This document shows positions 30,217-42,008 of a stretch of DNA of 64,000 nucleotides, in pieces (the stretch's first letter is position 1; the number at the start of each line of letters is the position of its first letter). This stretch comes from an uncultured bacterium (GTDB lineage Bacteria > UBA8481): NCBI GenBank assembly GCA_964499705.1, contig CAZCME010000001.1:197243-261242 (forward strand). Direction: 5' to 3'. Both the position numbers and the translations under genes were made by a program. A model generated the notes under the pieces. That model saw only the letters and a program-made list of their open reading frames with translations, had not been told where the DNA came from and did no database searches.

Positions 30217-30908
30217 AGATTCATGAAGGGGATGCATTCGAGATCCGCATTTCCGGACGCGATCATGTGGATCTCCTGCATCGTGTGGCGTCCAACGAAG
30301 TGCGCGGTCTGGCCGTGGGAGCCCGCAACGAGCAGTGCCTGCTGTCGGCGAAAGGGAAGATCATCGTTCCCTTTGCGTTGCGGCGGGAAAACGACCATGT
30401 GCTGATCTCGGGTCCGCTGGAGCTGAAGAGGACGGTACTGGAAACGCTGGACCGATACATTTTCACCGAGGATGTCCTGCTGGAGCCTCTGCCTGATGTT
30501 CAGCGCGAGTCCGACAACGACGAGCGCATCGAGGCGGGCCGGCCGAAGTGGGGCGTGGACATCGATGAGGATACGATTCCGTGGGAGGCCGGCATGGGGG
30601 AGTACGTATCCACGTCCAAGGGTTGCTACACGGGACAGGAGACGATCGCGCGGATCGAGACCTACGGCCAGGTGGCCAGGCGGTTGATGCGACTGACCTG
30701 CGCCGCTCAACAGCCGCCGGCGATCGGCGAGGTCTTTCGCGAAGGCAAGCCGGTCGGCCGGATCACATCGATCACGTCGATACCCCGCGGCGGGCTCTTC
30801 CGCGCGATCGGAATGATCCGCAGGGAAGTGGCGGAAGGGGAGAACGTGACGGGCGAGGACGGCCGGGAATGGACGGCGACGACCGAGTCCTCCGACGCGC
30901 ATAAATAG
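30213..30908 (+). CDS. ygfZ: YgfZ/GcvT-like folate-binding protein
   Basis: KGCYTGQE signature and N-terminal ISGRDHVDLLHRVASNEV. ATGA overlap at 30213. Confidence 0.85.
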   Translation: MKIHEGDAFEIRISGRDHVDLLHRVASNEVRGLAVGARNEQCLLSAKGKIIVPFALRRENDHVLISGPLELKRTVLETLDRYIFTEDVLLEPLPDVQRESDNDERIEAGRPKWGVDIDEDTIPWEAGMGEYVSTSKGCYTGQETIARIETYGQVARRLMRLTCAAQQPPAIGEVFREGKPVGRITSITSIPRGGLFRAIGMIRREVAEGENVTGEDGREWTATTESSDAHK

Positions 30909-30948
30909 AAATTTCAAATTATCCGATTCAAACCTATGATTCCCGTCC

Positions 30949-32313
30949 ATGGAACGATATGAAATTCTGATCCGGTTCTTCCGCGAGATCGGGGCGGCTC
31001 GCGAAGCGGAAATGTATCTGCGACTCTTTCACAGGGAAGAGCCGCATCGATTCGCGGTCATCGAGGTGGCGGAGGATCTGACGGCGTTCTCGCTGCATGT
31101 GCTCGCGCTTCATCTCGCGTTCCTCTCCTCCCTCGACCTCTACCCCGTCATACTTCACGGCGTTCGCGGGGTGCCGTCGAACGGCGAGGACGACGAGGAT
31201 TCGGATTCCGGCATGTGGAGATGGCTTGCGGGCCGCGGCCCGACCCGCCCGGAAGATGCCGAAGCGCCTGACGCGACGAAAATGCAATGGCAGGAGGCGC
31301 GCGATTCGACCCTCGCGCTCAATGAGACGCTCGCGTTGACCGTCAATATGCAGGACGGCGACGCGTCCGGTCTCGTGTCGGGCGTTTTTACCGGCGATCC
31401 GTCCGGGCCGATCCGGGTCCGCCTGGACAAGATTCGACAGATCATCAGGAAAGACGGCATCCCGATCGTGGCCGCCCTGACCGTTCCCGATCGCGATGCT
31501 TCCGCTTCGCTCCGTTCCCTTTCGCCGATTCCGCTCCAGGCGGCCAGCCGCGCCCTTGTGGCGCGACTGGCGCCGAGGAAATTGATCCGGGTTTCCGAGG
31601 CGGGAGGTCTGAAGCGGCGGAACGGTTCGATCGTCGATTACATCAATCTGAAACTGGATGCGGACCGGATCATGAACGCGACCGCGGGCGATCCGTCCGC
31701 CTTTACCGAGGAAGCCATCGCGGATCTGCGTTATTACAGGGAGCTGATGGAACTGCTTCCGCATCGGTCGGTCGTCGAAGTCACGGGCGCGTCATCCCTC
31801 CTGCGCGAGCTTTTCACGCAGAAGGGCGGCGGAACGCTCATCAAGCAGGGACGAAACCTGAAGGTGCACGAGAGCCTGGCGGGGTTGTCCCGGCGCCGGA
31901 TCCGCATGCTGATCGAGCGATCCTTCGGGAAAAAGCTGCAGCGGGATTATTTCAACAACCGGTTCCATAAATCGGCGCCGATCCTGACCGTGGTAGTGGA
32001 TCCCGATTACAAGGGTGTCGCGATTGTCAGGAACCTGGACGGCCTCTGCTACCTGGACAAGTTCGCCGTGCGGCCGGACGCCCGTGGCGAAGGTATCGCC
32101 GTCGACCTCTGGACGATTCTGGAGGAACGCCATCCCGCGATATTCTGGCGGAGCAGGCCGGAGAATCCGATCAATCCCTGGTATTTCGAGCATGCCTCTG
32201 GGATGATGAAATTCCCGGAATGGCATGTCTGGTGGAAAGGGCTTTCCACGCGCGACGCGCAGCGCGCCGTCAAGCTGGCGCTGGATATCGAGCCGGCGCT
32301 GTCCAGCCGCTAA
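30949..32313 (+). CDS. Vertebrate-like N-acetylglutamate synthase (AAK-like domain plus DUF619 acetyltransferase domain)
   Basis: N-terminal REAEMYLRLF...RFAVIEV and ELFTQKGGGTLI. C-terminal YLDKFAV...GEGIAVDLW and FWRSRPENPINPWYF. Confidence 0.8.
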   Translation: MERYEILIRFFREIGAAREAEMYLRLFHREEPHRFAVIEVAEDLTAFSLHVLALHLAFLSSLDLYPVILHGVRGVPSNGEDDEDSDSGMWRWLAGRGPTRPEDAEAPDATKMQWQEARDSTLALNETLALTVNMQDGDASGLVSGVFTGDPSGPIRVRLDKIRQIIRKDGIPIVAALTVPDRDASASLRSLSPIPLQAASRALVARLAPRKLIRVSEAGGLKRRNGSIVDYINLKLDADRIMNATAGDPSAFTEEAIADLRYYRELMELLPHRSVVEVTGASSLLRELFTQKGGGTLIKQGRNLKVHESLAGLSRRRIRMLIERSFGKKLQRDYFNNRFHKSAPILTVVVDPDYKGVAIVRNLDGLCYLDKFAVRPDARGEGIAVDLWTILEERHPAIFWRSRPENPINPWYFEHASGMMKFPEWHVWWKGLSTRDAQRAVKLALDIEPALSSR

Positions 32314-32322
32314 CGCGATCGG

Positions 32323-34161
32323 TCAGCGGTCCGACTCCAGGACCAACGATGACCGGGCGTGGATCGTCAGATTCTCGCCGGAGCGGATCCCGCCGGGCGG
32401 TTCCTTCGCGAGCCCGCCTCCGTACAGGCGGGCACCGGTCCACAACACGGTTCGCCACATGCCGTCCCCCGGCACGGTCATCGAAACGTCGTTTCCGGAA
32501 AAATTGCAGAGAACGCGGAACGGGGCCGCGTTCTTGTCGCGACGCTCCATCATGATCCATCGATCTTCATCGCTGCCTATGACCTGCGTCAGGTCCTTCC
32601 GGCCATTGCGCAGCGCGGGGCTTGTTCTTCGCAGCGCGAGCAGATCGCGGTAGCAGCGGAGCACGCCTTGATGAGGCGGGAGCTTCAGCCTGGACCAGTC
32701 CAGGCGGCACCGGTTGAAGAGGCGGATGTCAAAAGGATCGGCATTGCCCGCGTCGAATCCGTACGATTCGATCTCCCGTTTCCTTCCCTTCCGGACCAGC
32801 CGGATGAGGTCGACGTCGCCGAAATCCGTGAAGAATTCGAACGGAGCGATCTCCCCGTATTCCTCGCCCATGAAGAGAAGCGGCAGCGCGGGAGAAAGAA
32901 GCACGAGCGCGGCCGCGGCCTTGGCGGCTTCGAGCCCGAGCTCTTCCGCGATCCTCCGACCGCCCGAAGCGTTCGCGATCTGATCGTGATTCTGGATGAA
33001 GACGACCATCCGCTCTCCGGGACATTCCGTAGCGTCCGGAGCGCCCTTCATGTGCGTCCGCAGGTCATCTCCGGGCCGGACATATCCGCTGGTGACGGCC
33101 CTGGCCACGTGCGCAAGGCGTCCGAAGTCCGCCATGTAACCCGGACTTCTGCCCGTCATGAACGTGCGGAGCGCGTGATGGAAATCGTCGTTCCACTGCG
33201 CGTCGAGACCGCATCCTCCGACGGAAACCGGGAGAATCACGCGCGCGTCGTTCAAGGGCGATTCCGCGATGATGTGCGCGATGCGTCCCGCCTTCGCCGC
33301 CGCCGCGTGGCATGATTCGGCGATCTCCCTGAGAATATGGCGCTCGCCCTGGTCGTAGATCTCGTGGACGGCGTCGAGCCTCAAACCGTCGATGTGATAC
33401 TCCTCGATCCAGGACACGGCGTTGGCGACGATGTGGCGGCGCACGCCGGCGCTGTCGTCACCGTCGTAGTTGATCGCGTCGCCCCACGGTGTGCGGTAGC
33501 GATTCGTGAAGTAGGGACCGAACTCGGAGAGATAGTTTCCTTCCGGGCCGAGATGGTTGTAGACGACGTCCATGAAGACGGCGAGCCCCCGGCCGTGAGC
33601 GGCATCCACGAGGCGCTTCAAGCCGTCGACGCCGCCGTAGCCGAGGAATGGAGCGAAGAGATGGACGCCGTCGTATCCCCAGTTCCTTTTTCCGGGAAAA
33701 GCCGAGACCGGCATGATTTCGATCGCCGTGATTCCGGTATCCCGCACGTGCGGAAGGCGGCCGATCATCGCATCGAATGTCCCCTCGGGGGTGTATGTGC
33801 CGATGTGAATTTCGCTGAAGACATGATCCTCCGGCGGGATTCCCTGCCAGGCCGCATCCGTCCAGGCGAACGCGGGATGGACGATCCTGGACGGCCCGTG
33901 AACTCCATGAGGCTGGCACCGTGACATGGGGTCCGGTCGCTTTTTCTCGCCATCCAGGATGAACGAGTAATCGTCTCCCGGCTTCGCGGAACTCACGACC
34001 GCGCTGAAAATATCGTCGTCGTTTTTCGCCAGGATGTTCACGGCCTGTCCGACGATTTCGACGGCCATGCTTCGCGCGCGCGGCGCCCATACGCTGAAGC
34101 GGACTCCTCCTTCCGGGAGGGGCGTGGTTCCGAGAACTTCGAAGGATCCGGGATTCGTCAT
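32323..34161 (-). CDS. treZ: Malto-oligosyltrehalose trehalohydrolase
   Basis: [69 protein letters not shown]. Confidence 0.95.
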   Translation of the reverse strand: MTNPGSFEVLGTTPLPEGGVRFSVWAPRARSMAVEIVGQAVNILAKNDDDIFSAVVSSAKPGDDYSFILDGEKKRPDPMSRCQPHGVHGPSRIVHPAFAWTDAAWQGIPPEDHVFSEIHIGTYTPEGTFDAMIGRLPHVRDTGITAIEIMPVSAFPGKRNWGYDGVHLFAPFLGYGGVDGLKRLVDAAHGRGLAVFMDVVYNHLGPEGNYLSEFGPYFTNRYRTPWGDAINYDGDDSAGVRRHIVANAVSWIEEYHIDGLRLDAVHEIYDQGERHILREIAESCHAAAAKAGRIAHIIAESPLNDARVILPVSVGGCGLDAQWNDDFHHALRTFMTGRSPGYMADFGRLAHVARAVTSGYVRPGDDLRTHMKGAPDATECPGERMVVFIQNHDQIANASGGRRIAEELGLEAAKAAAALVLLSPALPLLFMGEEYGEIAPFEFFTDFGDVDLIRLVRKGRKREIESYGFDAGNADPFDIRLFNRCRLDWSRLKLPPHQGVLRCYRDLLALRRTSPALRNGRKDLTQVIGSDEDRWIMMERRDKNAAPFRVLCNFSGNDVSMTVPGDGMWRTVLWTGARLYGGGLAKEPPGGIRSGENLTIHARSSLVLESDR

Positions 34162-37115
34162 GGAGCCAGAGTATCACAACGATCGAGCAGAGCCACCGGG
34201 AGCGAGAAACAGATGTCGGAGAGTTTCATGACGGCCGTGTCTCCGCGCGGTTCCGCGGTGACGATGCGATCCGTCAGAATTTCACGATAGCTGCCCGCGG
34301 CTTTCTCCGGCAGCAGCAGCTCCGTATCCCTCCATGCGCTCCCCGTCGGCGAAACGTCGGGCGCGCCCAGGCGGATGTACCATCGTCCCGCGACTGCCAG
34401 GCAACTTTCCCGCGCGGTGTCGCGCGCGAATGCGACGACGTTATCCTTGAAACCTCCCTGAGCCGACAACGGCGTATAGGCTCCTTCGCGGAAAAGCTGC
34501 TTTCTGCCGCGGCGAAATTCCAAACCGCGGTTCAGGATGTACATCTTGATCCGTCCATCACCGACGGTCGCGAGAAATTCCCTGATGGCGGCAAGCCGAT
34601 CGCCGGGATTCCCGGCGGAGCCGTTCATGGTCGCCTGGAGACTCGCGAGAATGCGGCAACGCATCTCGAAATCGACGGGTCTCCGGTTGTCAGGATCCAC
34701 CAGCGAGAAATCCCAGAGCTCATTTCCCTGGTAAATCTCGGGCACGCCCGGCGAAGCGATCTTCAGGATCGCCTGGGTGAGCGAATTCCAGACGCCCACG
34801 CGCGCGATGCGGGATTGGAAGATCCGGAAATCCGGAAGAAACGCGTTTTCTTCATCGGGCGTGAGAAGGGAATGGACGAACGCACGGATTGCCTGATCAT
34901 AGGCCAGGTTCGGCTTGATCCATGAAGTGCGAGCCTTGGCTTCCTTCGTCGCCTTCTCCATGTACTGCTCGATTCTCCCGATGTAGGTCTCGAGCTGCGG
35001 CTCGGTCGGCGATTCGAAGGGATAGGTTCCCACGAGGGTCTGGTACAGAAGAATCTCCTTGTTGGGACCAGGCACTGCCTCCTCGTTCACCATCCGCTTT
35101 CTCCCCTTGTTCAGGTGGCTCCATCGCAGCACGGCTTCATTCCATTCATCCGGGATCTCCGAGAGAACGTTGATTCTCGCCCGAACGTCCTCGCTTCGCT
35201 TGGTGTCATGAGTGGATGTCGACGAAAAACTGTGCGGCCACCTGATCTGTCGCTGGATGTTGCGCCCGTGAAATTCTTCCGTCGTGACGCCCCGCCGATC
35301 GGGTTCGCCTCCAACCTCGTTCAGGGAGGCCAGCGGATGCAGCCGGTAAAAAGCCGTGTCCTCCACGGCCTTGGCCATGACGGGCCCCGTCAACTGCTGG
35401 AAGCGCATGACGAATTCACGTCGCTCCATCCGATCGTTCTCCGTGATGCCCTCCGGATGCTCCAGAGCCAGGACCGAACGGATGAAATCGAAGACGGACG
35501 CGTCGGTGGAAGGATTGTTGGCCTTGGACAGCGTGATGGCACGATCGATCTTCCGCCTGTCATCCTCCTCCACTTCGCCTTCGCCGGGACGGATGTAGGT
35601 CCGGTAGGCCGGGAATGCGGCGACGACCTCGCGGAGAGCGAAGCGAAGAGTTTCGAACGTGAAGTCGCGTGAGTAGCGATGTTGTTCCGATATGCGCTCG
35701 AGCCTGCCGGCGAGCACGCGAAGCTCGCTCGCCATGGAAATGAGGAGGATCAGCTTTTTGCACGTGAGAATCACCTCCGGGAAATCGCCCTTGATGCGCG
35801 TGAAATCGCGGTAGAGATGATCGAGCCGGACCGCGTTCTCGCGTTCGACGAGAAGTCCGTTCACCATGTTGAGGAAGTCGTATCCTGAAGTGCCGTGCAC
35901 GCTCCAGGAATCGCGCAGCCTTTCATTCCATGCGAGAATCTTCTCGATCACCACGTACAGCGCGGGCGTTGCGGCCGTGTGATTCGGCGAAGCCTCATCG
36001 GACTCGCCGGCCTGCTCCCGCCGTGAAATTGCGCGTTCGGCCGTTCCCTGGATCCGCCGGAAAAAATCCTCCGGATCATAGAGCCCGTCGGGGTGATCGA
36101 TCCGGAAGCCATGAATCCGGTCCGCGGCCACGAGTGAGAGAGGCAGCGCGAAGACACGATCGAAGACTTCCGCGCTCTCGATGCGGATCGCGGCCAGTTC
36201 GTTGATATCGAAGAATCGGCGATAGTTGATTTCGTCCGCCGCGACTTTCCAGTAACAGAGCCGATAGGCCTGTTCCGCCAGGATCGCCTCCAGCCGGTCG
36301 AAGCTGCGCCGATCGCCCTTCCGCCCGTTGAGGGCCGCGATTTCCGCATCGAGTTCCTCCCGGAAGGCGCTGTGGGAATCCACGATCGTCGCGAGCCGCC
36401 GCTTCACGATTTCCTTTTCACGATACCTTTCCCGGATGCGGTCTACGTCCTTCTCGGTCTGTGCCGGCAGATACCCGAGCGCCGTGATGATGCTCTCCAG
36501 TTCCAGCACACCGACATGTTCGGTGCCGAGCCGTGCCGCAAGGCGATCTTTCAGAGGTTGAAGAATGAGGATCCAGCTCTTGGGAGCGAGAGGGAAAGAA
36601 AGGTCAAAGTAGCCCGCCGTGAAAGCCCCGTTTTCATAGCGACACGTGATCTCCTGGCCTTCCAGCACCCGGCCGTACTGATCTCCTAGAACGGGAAGGA
36701 GAACCTTGTTGGCGAGATCGACCTTGGGTGGATTCCAGTCGACGTCGAAAAATGGAGCGAAGGCCGCGCTGGGACCGTTCTCCAGGACATCCTGCCAGAG
36801 CGTGTTCGCCGACCGGGCGATTCCCATGTGGTTCGGGACGACGTCCATGATGAGAAACATGCCGCGACGGCGCGCTTCGTTACTCATCCTGAGAAACGCC
36901 TCCTCTCCTCCCAACTCCGGATTGAAGCTCGAATGATCCACCACGTCGTATCCGTGCGCGCTTCCCGGAACTGGTTTCAGGAACGGCGAAAGGTAGACAT
37001 GGCTGATGCCGAGATCGGCGAGGTAACCGAGAATCTCCTGTGCGCGCAGGAAAGGAAAGTCGGGCGAAAGCTGGATACGGTATACGGCATCAGGAATGAT
37101 GGCGGCTCGTGTCAT
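34158..37115 (-). CDS. treY: Malto-oligosyltrehalose synthase
   Basis: [73 protein letters not shown]. Confidence 0.96.
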   Translation of the reverse strand: MTRAAIIPDAVYRIQLSPDFPFLRAQEILGYLADLGISHVYLSPFLKPVPGSAHGYDVVDHSSFNPELGGEEAFLRMSNEARRRGMFLIMDVVPNHMGIARSANTLWQDVLENGPSAAFAPFFDVDWNPPKVDLANKVLLPVLGDQYGRVLEGQEITCRYENGAFTAGYFDLSFPLAPKSWILILQPLKDRLAARLGTEHVGVLELESIITALGYLPAQTEKDVDRIRERYREKEIVKRRLATIVDSHSAFREELDAEIAALNGRKGDRRSFDRLEAILAEQAYRLCYWKVAADEINYRRFFDINELAAIRIESAEVFDRVFALPLSLVAADRIHGFRIDHPDGLYDPEDFFRRIQGTAERAISRREQAGESDEASPNHTAATPALYVVIEKILAWNERLRDSWSVHGTSGYDFLNMVNGLLVERENAVRLDHLYRDFTRIKGDFPEVILTCKKLILLISMASELRVLAGRLERISEQHRYSRDFTFETLRFALREVVAAFPAYRTYIRPGEGEVEEDDRRKIDRAITLSKANNPSTDASVFDFIRSVLALEHPEGITENDRMERREFVMRFQQLTGPVMAKAVEDTAFYRLHPLASLNEVGGEPDRRGVTTEEFHGRNIQRQIRWPHSFSSTSTHDTKRSEDVRARINVLSEIPDEWNEAVLRWSHLNKGRKRMVNEEAVPGPNKEILLYQTLVGTYPFESPTEPQLETYIGRIEQYMEKATKEAKARTSWIKPNLAYDQAIRAFVHSLLTPDEENAFLPDFRIFQSRIARVGVWNSLTQAILKIASPGVPEIYQGNELWDFSLVDPDNRRPVDFEMRCRILASLQATMNGSAGNPGDRLAAIREFLATVGDGRIKMYILNRGLEFRRGRKQLFREGAYTPLSAQGGFKDNVVAFARDTARESCLAVAGRWYIRLGAPDVSPTGSAWRDTELLLPEKAAGSYREILTDRIVTAEPRGDTAVMKLSDICFSLPVALLDRCDTLAP

Positions 37116-37264
37116 GGACCCCCCCTTCTCCTATTCTAGTCGCGGTCGCGGTCCGATACTGCGTCATTGATCGAATATTTTAGGGCGGATTCAGGAGTCC
37201 TCCAGCCTAATACGCTCCAGCTTTAATCCATTGAAAATCGCGGGGCTTCTCTCATAATCAGACC

Positions 37265-38704
37265 GTGAAGATACTCTTCGTGACCTCCGAGTGCGTGCCG
37301 TATGCCAAGACGGGCGGCCTGGCCGACGTGGCGGGCTCCCTGCCGAAGGCGCTGAGGGACATCGGGATCGACGCGCGGATCTTCATGCCGCGTTACAGGG
37401 CGGTTTCCACGGACGGCCTCAAGGAGGTCGTGGGCGGCCTTCCCGTGCCGATTTCCTCCAAGACGGTCTACGGGCGCGTCCTGGAATCGACGACGCCGTC
37501 GGGAGTGCCCGTCTATTTTCTCGATCAGCCCCATTATTTCGACAGGAAAGACCTGTACGTGGAAAACGGGAAGGATTATCCGGACAATGCGGAGCGGTTC
37601 GTCTTCTTCTCACGGGCGGCCGTGGAATTCCTGCGGCGTGGCATCTTCGCCGCGGATGTGGTCCACGCCAACGACTGGTTCGCGGGTCTCGTGCCCGTCT
37701 ATCTCCGCACCCTTTATGCCCGGGATCATTCCGTCAACCGGATCCGCACGCTCTTCTCGATTCATAATCTCGCCTACCAGGGGATCTTCTGGCACTACGA
37801 CATGCATCTCACGGGCCTGCCGTGGGATCTCTTCCGGTTCGACAAGATGGAGTTCTTCGGCAAGCTGAATTTCCTCAAGGGCGGGATTATCTTCTCCGAG
37901 ATCGTCTCGACCGTGTCGGAACGATACGCGCAGGAGATCATGACGCCTGAAAACGGCTTCGGGCTCGACGCCACGATCCGCAAGCGCGAAAAAGACCTGC
38001 TCGGCATCATCAACGGCGTCGACTACGGCGAATGGAATCCCGCGACGGACGCGCACATCGTGAGGAATTACGACGAGTCGTCGCTCGGCGGGAAACTGGA
38101 ATGCAAGCGCGATCTGCAGCGCCTGAATAATCTGCCCGAGACGGACGCGCCGCTCCTGGGAATCGTATCGCGCCTTTCGGACTTGAAGGGCTCCGATCTC
38201 CTGGAGAAAGCTTTTGACGAGATGATGAGCCTCGGCGTCCAGTTCGTGATGCTCGGTACCGGCGACGAAGCGCACGAGAAATATTTCGCGGACGTGGCCC
38301 GGAAGTATCCGCTCCAGGCCGGCGTGAATCTTTCCTATTCCGACGCGATGGCTCACAAGATCATGGCGGGCTCGGACATCTTCCTCATGCCGTCGCGATA
38401 CGAACCCTGCGGCCTGACCCAGCTCTACGCGATGAAATACGGCACCGTGCCGGTGGTGCGCGCCGTCGGAGGCCTTGCCGACACGGTGCGCGAGTGGGAC
38501 GGCGCCGCGTCGGGAACGGGATTCCGGTTCGACGATTATTCCGCGCCCGCGCTCCTCGAAGCCCTCCGGCGCGCGCTCTCGCTTCATGAGAATGCGAAAG
38601 CCTGGCAGCAGATACGGAGAAACGGCATGCAGGAGGACTGGTCGTGGAACCGCTCGGCCGGGAAATACGCGGAAGCCTACGAACGCGCTCTTCGCCCCCG
38701 GTAG
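37265..38704 (+). CDS. glgA: Glycogen synthase
   Basis: KTGGLADV, HANDW, HNLAYQG, GIINGVD, PSRYEPCGLTQLYAMKYG. Confidence 0.96.
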   Translation: MKILFVTSECVPYAKTGGLADVAGSLPKALRDIGIDARIFMPRYRAVSTDGLKEVVGGLPVPISSKTVYGRVLESTTPSGVPVYFLDQPHYFDRKDLYVENGKDYPDNAERFVFFSRAAVEFLRRGIFAADVVHANDWFAGLVPVYLRTLYARDHSVNRIRTLFSIHNLAYQGIFWHYDMHLTGLPWDLFRFDKMEFFGKLNFLKGGIIFSEIVSTVSERYAQEIMTPENGFGLDATIRKREKDLLGIINGVDYGEWNPATDAHIVRNYDESSLGGKLECKRDLQRLNNLPETDAPLLGIVSRLSDLKGSDLLEKAFDEMMSLGVQFVMLGTGDEAHEKYFADVARKYPLQAGVNLSYSDAMAHKIMAGSDIFLMPSRYEPCGLTQLYAMKYGTVPVVRAVGGLADTVREWDGAASGTGFRFDDYSAPALLEALRRALSLHENAKAWQQIRRNGMQEDWSWNRSAGKYAEAYERALRPR

Positions 38705-38725
38705 CTTTCCGGTGCTCACCGTCGC

Positions 38726-39463
38726 ATGATCTTCCTTCTCACGAACGATGACGGGATAAGCGCTCCGGGCCTGTTGGCCCTGGAGAAGGCCCTTCGTTCT
38801 CGCGGCTCCGCCCGGATCGTGACCGTGGCTCCCGCTTTCTCCTGCAGCGGCATGTCGCGATCGATCACGTTGTACAAGCCGGTGCGCGTGGAGCAGGTCG
38901 GCGAAGATCGGCATGCGCTCGACGGCACGCCCGCCGACTGCGTGGTCTGGGGGTTGAAGCATCTTCTTCGGGAAAAAGCCGCCGTCGTGATCTCGGGCAT
39001 CAACCATGGCCCGAACCTCGGAGACGACATCGCGTTTTCCGGGACGGTCGCCGCGGCCCTGGAAGGCGCCCGCTACGGCATTCCGGCCCTGGCCGTCTCG
39101 CTTGCGTCGGAACGCGTCTACGATTTCACGCACGCCGTCCGGTTCGCTCTTGCCGGCGTGGAGAAACTTCTCTCGCATCCTCCCGCGTCCGGTGTTGCCA
39201 TCTCCATGAATGTCCCCTCCGGGGAACCCTCCGGCGTGAAGGTGACGCGACCGGGCCGGCGCGTCTATTCGGACGAGATCGTGGAGCGCGCCGATCCGTT
39301 CGGAAGGTCCTACTACTGGCTTGCCGGCAGCGGCAAGCTTTCCGGTTCTCCCGACCCGGGCACCGACATCGACGCGGTCACCGGCGGATTCGTCTCCGTG
39401 ACGCCCCTCGACTCCGATTTTCACGCGGGTTATACTGACATGAGCGAATGGACGCGGAGCTGA
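38726..39463 (+). CDS. surE: 5'/3'-nucleotidase SurE
   Basis: LLTNDDGI, GTPADCV, SGINHGPNLG...FSGTVAAA, VSVTPL. Confidence 0.95.
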   Translation: MIFLLTNDDGISAPGLLALEKALRSRGSARIVTVAPAFSCSGMSRSITLYKPVRVEQVGEDRHALDGTPADCVVWGLKHLLREKAAVVISGINHGPNLGDDIAFSGTVAAALEGARYGIPALAVSLASERVYDFTHAVRFALAGVEKLLSHPPASGVAISMNVPSGEPSGVKVTRPGRRVYSDEIVERADPFGRSYYWLAGSGKLSGSPDPGTDIDAVTGGFVSVTPLDSDFHAGYTDMSEWTRS

Positions 39464-40104
39464 CGAAGCAGTACGAAAAGGGGATCGAGTGCGTCAAGGA
39501 CGGCCGGTATCAGGAGGCTTTGCCTCTACTCTCCGCCGTCCTGGAGGATTCTCATGCGGAATTCGCGAAGGTGGAGCACGCGCGGATGCTCCTGGGTTTC
39601 TCCCGGACGCAGTTGAAGGACTGGAACGGCGCGATCGACTGTTTCCGCACGGCGATGATCAACGACTTCAACTGCATGCCGGCGCAGACGGCCCTGGGAC
39701 ACGCCTACATCATGGCGGGCCGCCTGACCGAGGCGATCGAGACGTTCACGACCGCCGTGCAGAAGGATCCGAAGAACGCGGCCGCGCATCACGGTCTCGG
39801 CTGGGCCCTGGCATTGGAAGGCACACGCCTGGAAGAAGCGCTCTCCGAGACGCATGAAGCGGTGCGTCTTGATCCGAAGTCGCCGGCGGTGCGCGACTCC
39901 GTCGGCTGGACGCTGTACAAGCTGGGCGATATCGAGGCCGCCTCGGAACAGCTCGAGGAAGCCATCCGGCTTGACCCGGACCATCCCGTCATTCTCGCCC
40001 ACTGGCGTGAAGTGCGGGAGATGTTGAAGAAGAAATCGCAGGAAGACCGGAAGGCGCCGCAGGGCAGGGGCGCCGCGGACGCGAAACGAGGAGACAGGGC
40101 ATGA
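39448..40104 (+). CDS. TPR-repeat protein
   Basis: Tandem TPR helices (AQTALGHAY, AHHGLGWAL, VRDSVGWTLY). Overlaps surE and sppA. Confidence 0.85.
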   Translation: MDAELTKQYEKGIECVKDGRYQEALPLLSAVLEDSHAEFAKVEHARMLLGFSRTQLKDWNGAIDCFRTAMINDFNCMPAQTALGHAYIMAGRLTEAIETFTTAVQKDPKNAAAHHGLGWALALEGTRLEEALSETHEAVRLDPKSPAVRDSVGWTLYKLGDIEAASEQLEEAIRLDPDHPVILAHWREVREMLKKKSQEDRKAPQGRGAADAKRGDRA

Positions 40105-41036
40105 GCAGGAAATGGGGAATCATCTTTTTTATCGGCCTGGCCTTCATCATCTGCGTCCAGTTCGTTGTCATCGTAGGACTTCTCTTTTCCAAGGGAGGCA
40201 TGCCCGCCCTGACGAAGAAGCATTCGATCGTCGTGATCGAGGTGAAGGATGTGATCATGGATTCCGCGAAAGTGCTCTCGCGGATCGGCCTGTACAGGGA
40301 TCGTGACGACGTGAAGGGGATCGTGATCCGCATGGAGACGCCGGGCGGATCGGTCGCCGCGTCGCAGGAACTCTCGAACGCGGTGGCGCGCCTTCGGAGG
40401 GACGGCAAGGTCGTGGTGACCTCGGTGGCGAATCTCGGAGCCTCCGGCGGATATTACGTCGCCTGCCAGTCGAACTCGATCGTCGTCAATCCCGGCAGCC
40501 TCGTCGGCTCCATCGGCGTGATCATGGAACATTTCGACATCCATGAGATGACGGACAAGCTCGGCATCAAGTCCGATGCCATCACATCCGGCGCCATGAA
40601 GGAAGCCGGAACGATCTTCCGGCCGATGCTCCCCGAGGAACGCGCGCTCATCAAGACCGTCATCGATGACGCGTATTCCCAGTTTCGCGGAACCGTCCTG
40701 AGCGGCCGCTGGAATGCTCTGGCCCGCGCGGCCGGCGCGGAGAACGGCGACAGCGCGCAGATCGAGGCCCAGCTGGACGGCGTCGCGGACGGCAGGATCC
40801 TGACCGGCCAGCAGGCGGTCCGGGCCGGACTCGCCGATGAGCTCGGGGACCTGGACGACGCCATAGAGATCGCCGGGGAACTGGCGGGCATCGAGGGCGA
40901 ACCGCACGTCATTCACGACAAGCCCGAGGAACCCTGGGAGGAATTCGGCGAGATGTTCGGGCTCGCGAACAGGATCGCCCGACGCGGACCGCTCGCGGCT
41001 GTTCCTCCTTCAGGACTCTGGTATCTCTATCACTGA
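40101..41036 (+). CDS. sppA: Signal peptide peptidase SppA (short form)
   Basis: N-terminal TM, then ETPGGSVAAS, GASGGYY, GSIGV, GAMKEAG, DGRILTG. Confidence 0.93.
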   Translation: MSRKWGIIFFIGLAFIICVQFVVIVGLLFSKGGMPALTKKHSIVVIEVKDVIMDSAKVLSRIGLYRDRDDVKGIVIRMETPGGSVAASQELSNAVARLRRDGKVVVTSVANLGASGGYYVACQSNSIVVNPGSLVGSIGVIMEHFDIHEMTDKLGIKSDAITSGAMKEAGTIFRPMLPEERALIKTVIDDAYSQFRGTVLSGRWNALARAAGAENGDSAQIEAQLDGVADGRILTGQQAVRAGLADELGDLDDAIEIAGELAGIEGEPHVIHDKPEEPWEEFGEMFGLANRIARRGPLAAVPPSGLWYLYH

Positions 41037-41049
41037 ACCGGATCAGACG

Positions 41050-41484
41050 TTGCTCGATTCTTCTCCGCTGATCGCCGCGCCCGAGCCGGCGCGCTCCGGC
41101 ACGAACATGCCGCTCCTTCTCTCCGCGATCTGCCCGGGACTGGGTCATCTCGTTTACGGCTCTCCTGTCAGAGGCATGTTCTACCTCTTCATCACCCTGA
41201 CTGTGTTCGGCTTCACGATGCTTTTCGGGATCCAGGCGGTGATGGCGGTTCTAAACGGACAATCATTCCTTCGATACCTGCTGTACATCGGGCTGCTGCT
41301 TCTCTATGGGCTTTTCTTCACGGGGCGAGTCATGTACGAAGCGTCGCGATTGGGATCAACGAGCGGCGCGGCGACCGCGGAGGCGGCCGAAGGCATGAGC
41401 AAAGCCATGCTGGCGATGATCGCGGGGGAGTGCGTCATGATTGCGCTTCTCACCTTCGTTATCATACAATTGATGATGAACTGA
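41050..41484 (+). CDS. Small membrane protein of unknown function
   Basis: About four hydrophobic segments and LSAICPGLGHLVYG. Fills the gap in the operon. TTG start uncertain. Confidence 0.6.
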   Translation: MLDSSPLIAAPEPARSGTNMPLLLSAICPGLGHLVYGSPVRGMFYLFITLTVFGFTMLFGIQAVMAVLNGQSFLRYLLYIGLLLLYGLFFTGRVMYEASRLGSTSGAATAEAAEGMSKAMLAMIAGECVMIALLTFVIIQLMMN

Positions 41485-41486
41485 CC

Positions 41487-42008
41487 ATGCCCATCATCAC
41501 GTTCCAGGGAATTGCTCCGAAGATCGATCCGACCGCGAAGATCTTCGAGCCGTCGACGATCGTCGGCGATGTGGAGATCGGCGCGGAGTGTTCCGTCTGG
41601 TACGGATGCGTCATTCGCGGCGATGTGAACAGCATCCGGATAGGAGACCGGACGAATATCCAGGATCTCTCCTGTCTCCACGTGACCCACAAGAAGGCCG
41701 ACCTCCGGATCGGAGCAGGCGTCACGGTCGGCCACATGTGCCTCCTGCACGGCTGCCGCATCGAGGATTATGTTCTCGTCGGGATGGGCTCCATCGTGAT
41801 GGACGGAGCCGTGCTCGGTGAGCATTCGCTGCTGGGCGCGGGATCTCTTGTCACCGAAGGCACCATCATCCCGCCAAGATACCTGGCATTCGGCCGTCCT
41901 GCTCGTGCGATTCGTCCGCTGAAGGAGGAAGAGCTCGCGCATCTCGAACGATCCGCCGGCAATTATGTCAGGTACAAGGGGTGGTACGAAGCAAAGGATG
42001 AAGGATGA
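41487..42008 (+). CDS. Gamma carbonic anhydrase family protein (YrdA/PaaY-like)
   Basis: SVWYGCVIRGDVN, TNIQD, LH, VTVGH...LHGC hexapeptide repeats. Its last codons and stop lie within the palindrome. Confidence 0.92.
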   Translation: MPIITFQGIAPKIDPTAKIFEPSTIVGDVEIGAECSVWYGCVIRGDVNSIRIGDRTNIQDLSCLHVTHKKADLRIGAGVTVGHMCLLHGCRIEDYVLVGMGSIVMDGAVLGEHSLLGAGSLVTEGTIIPPRYLAFGRPARAIRPLKEEELAHLERSAGNYVRYKGWYEAKDEG

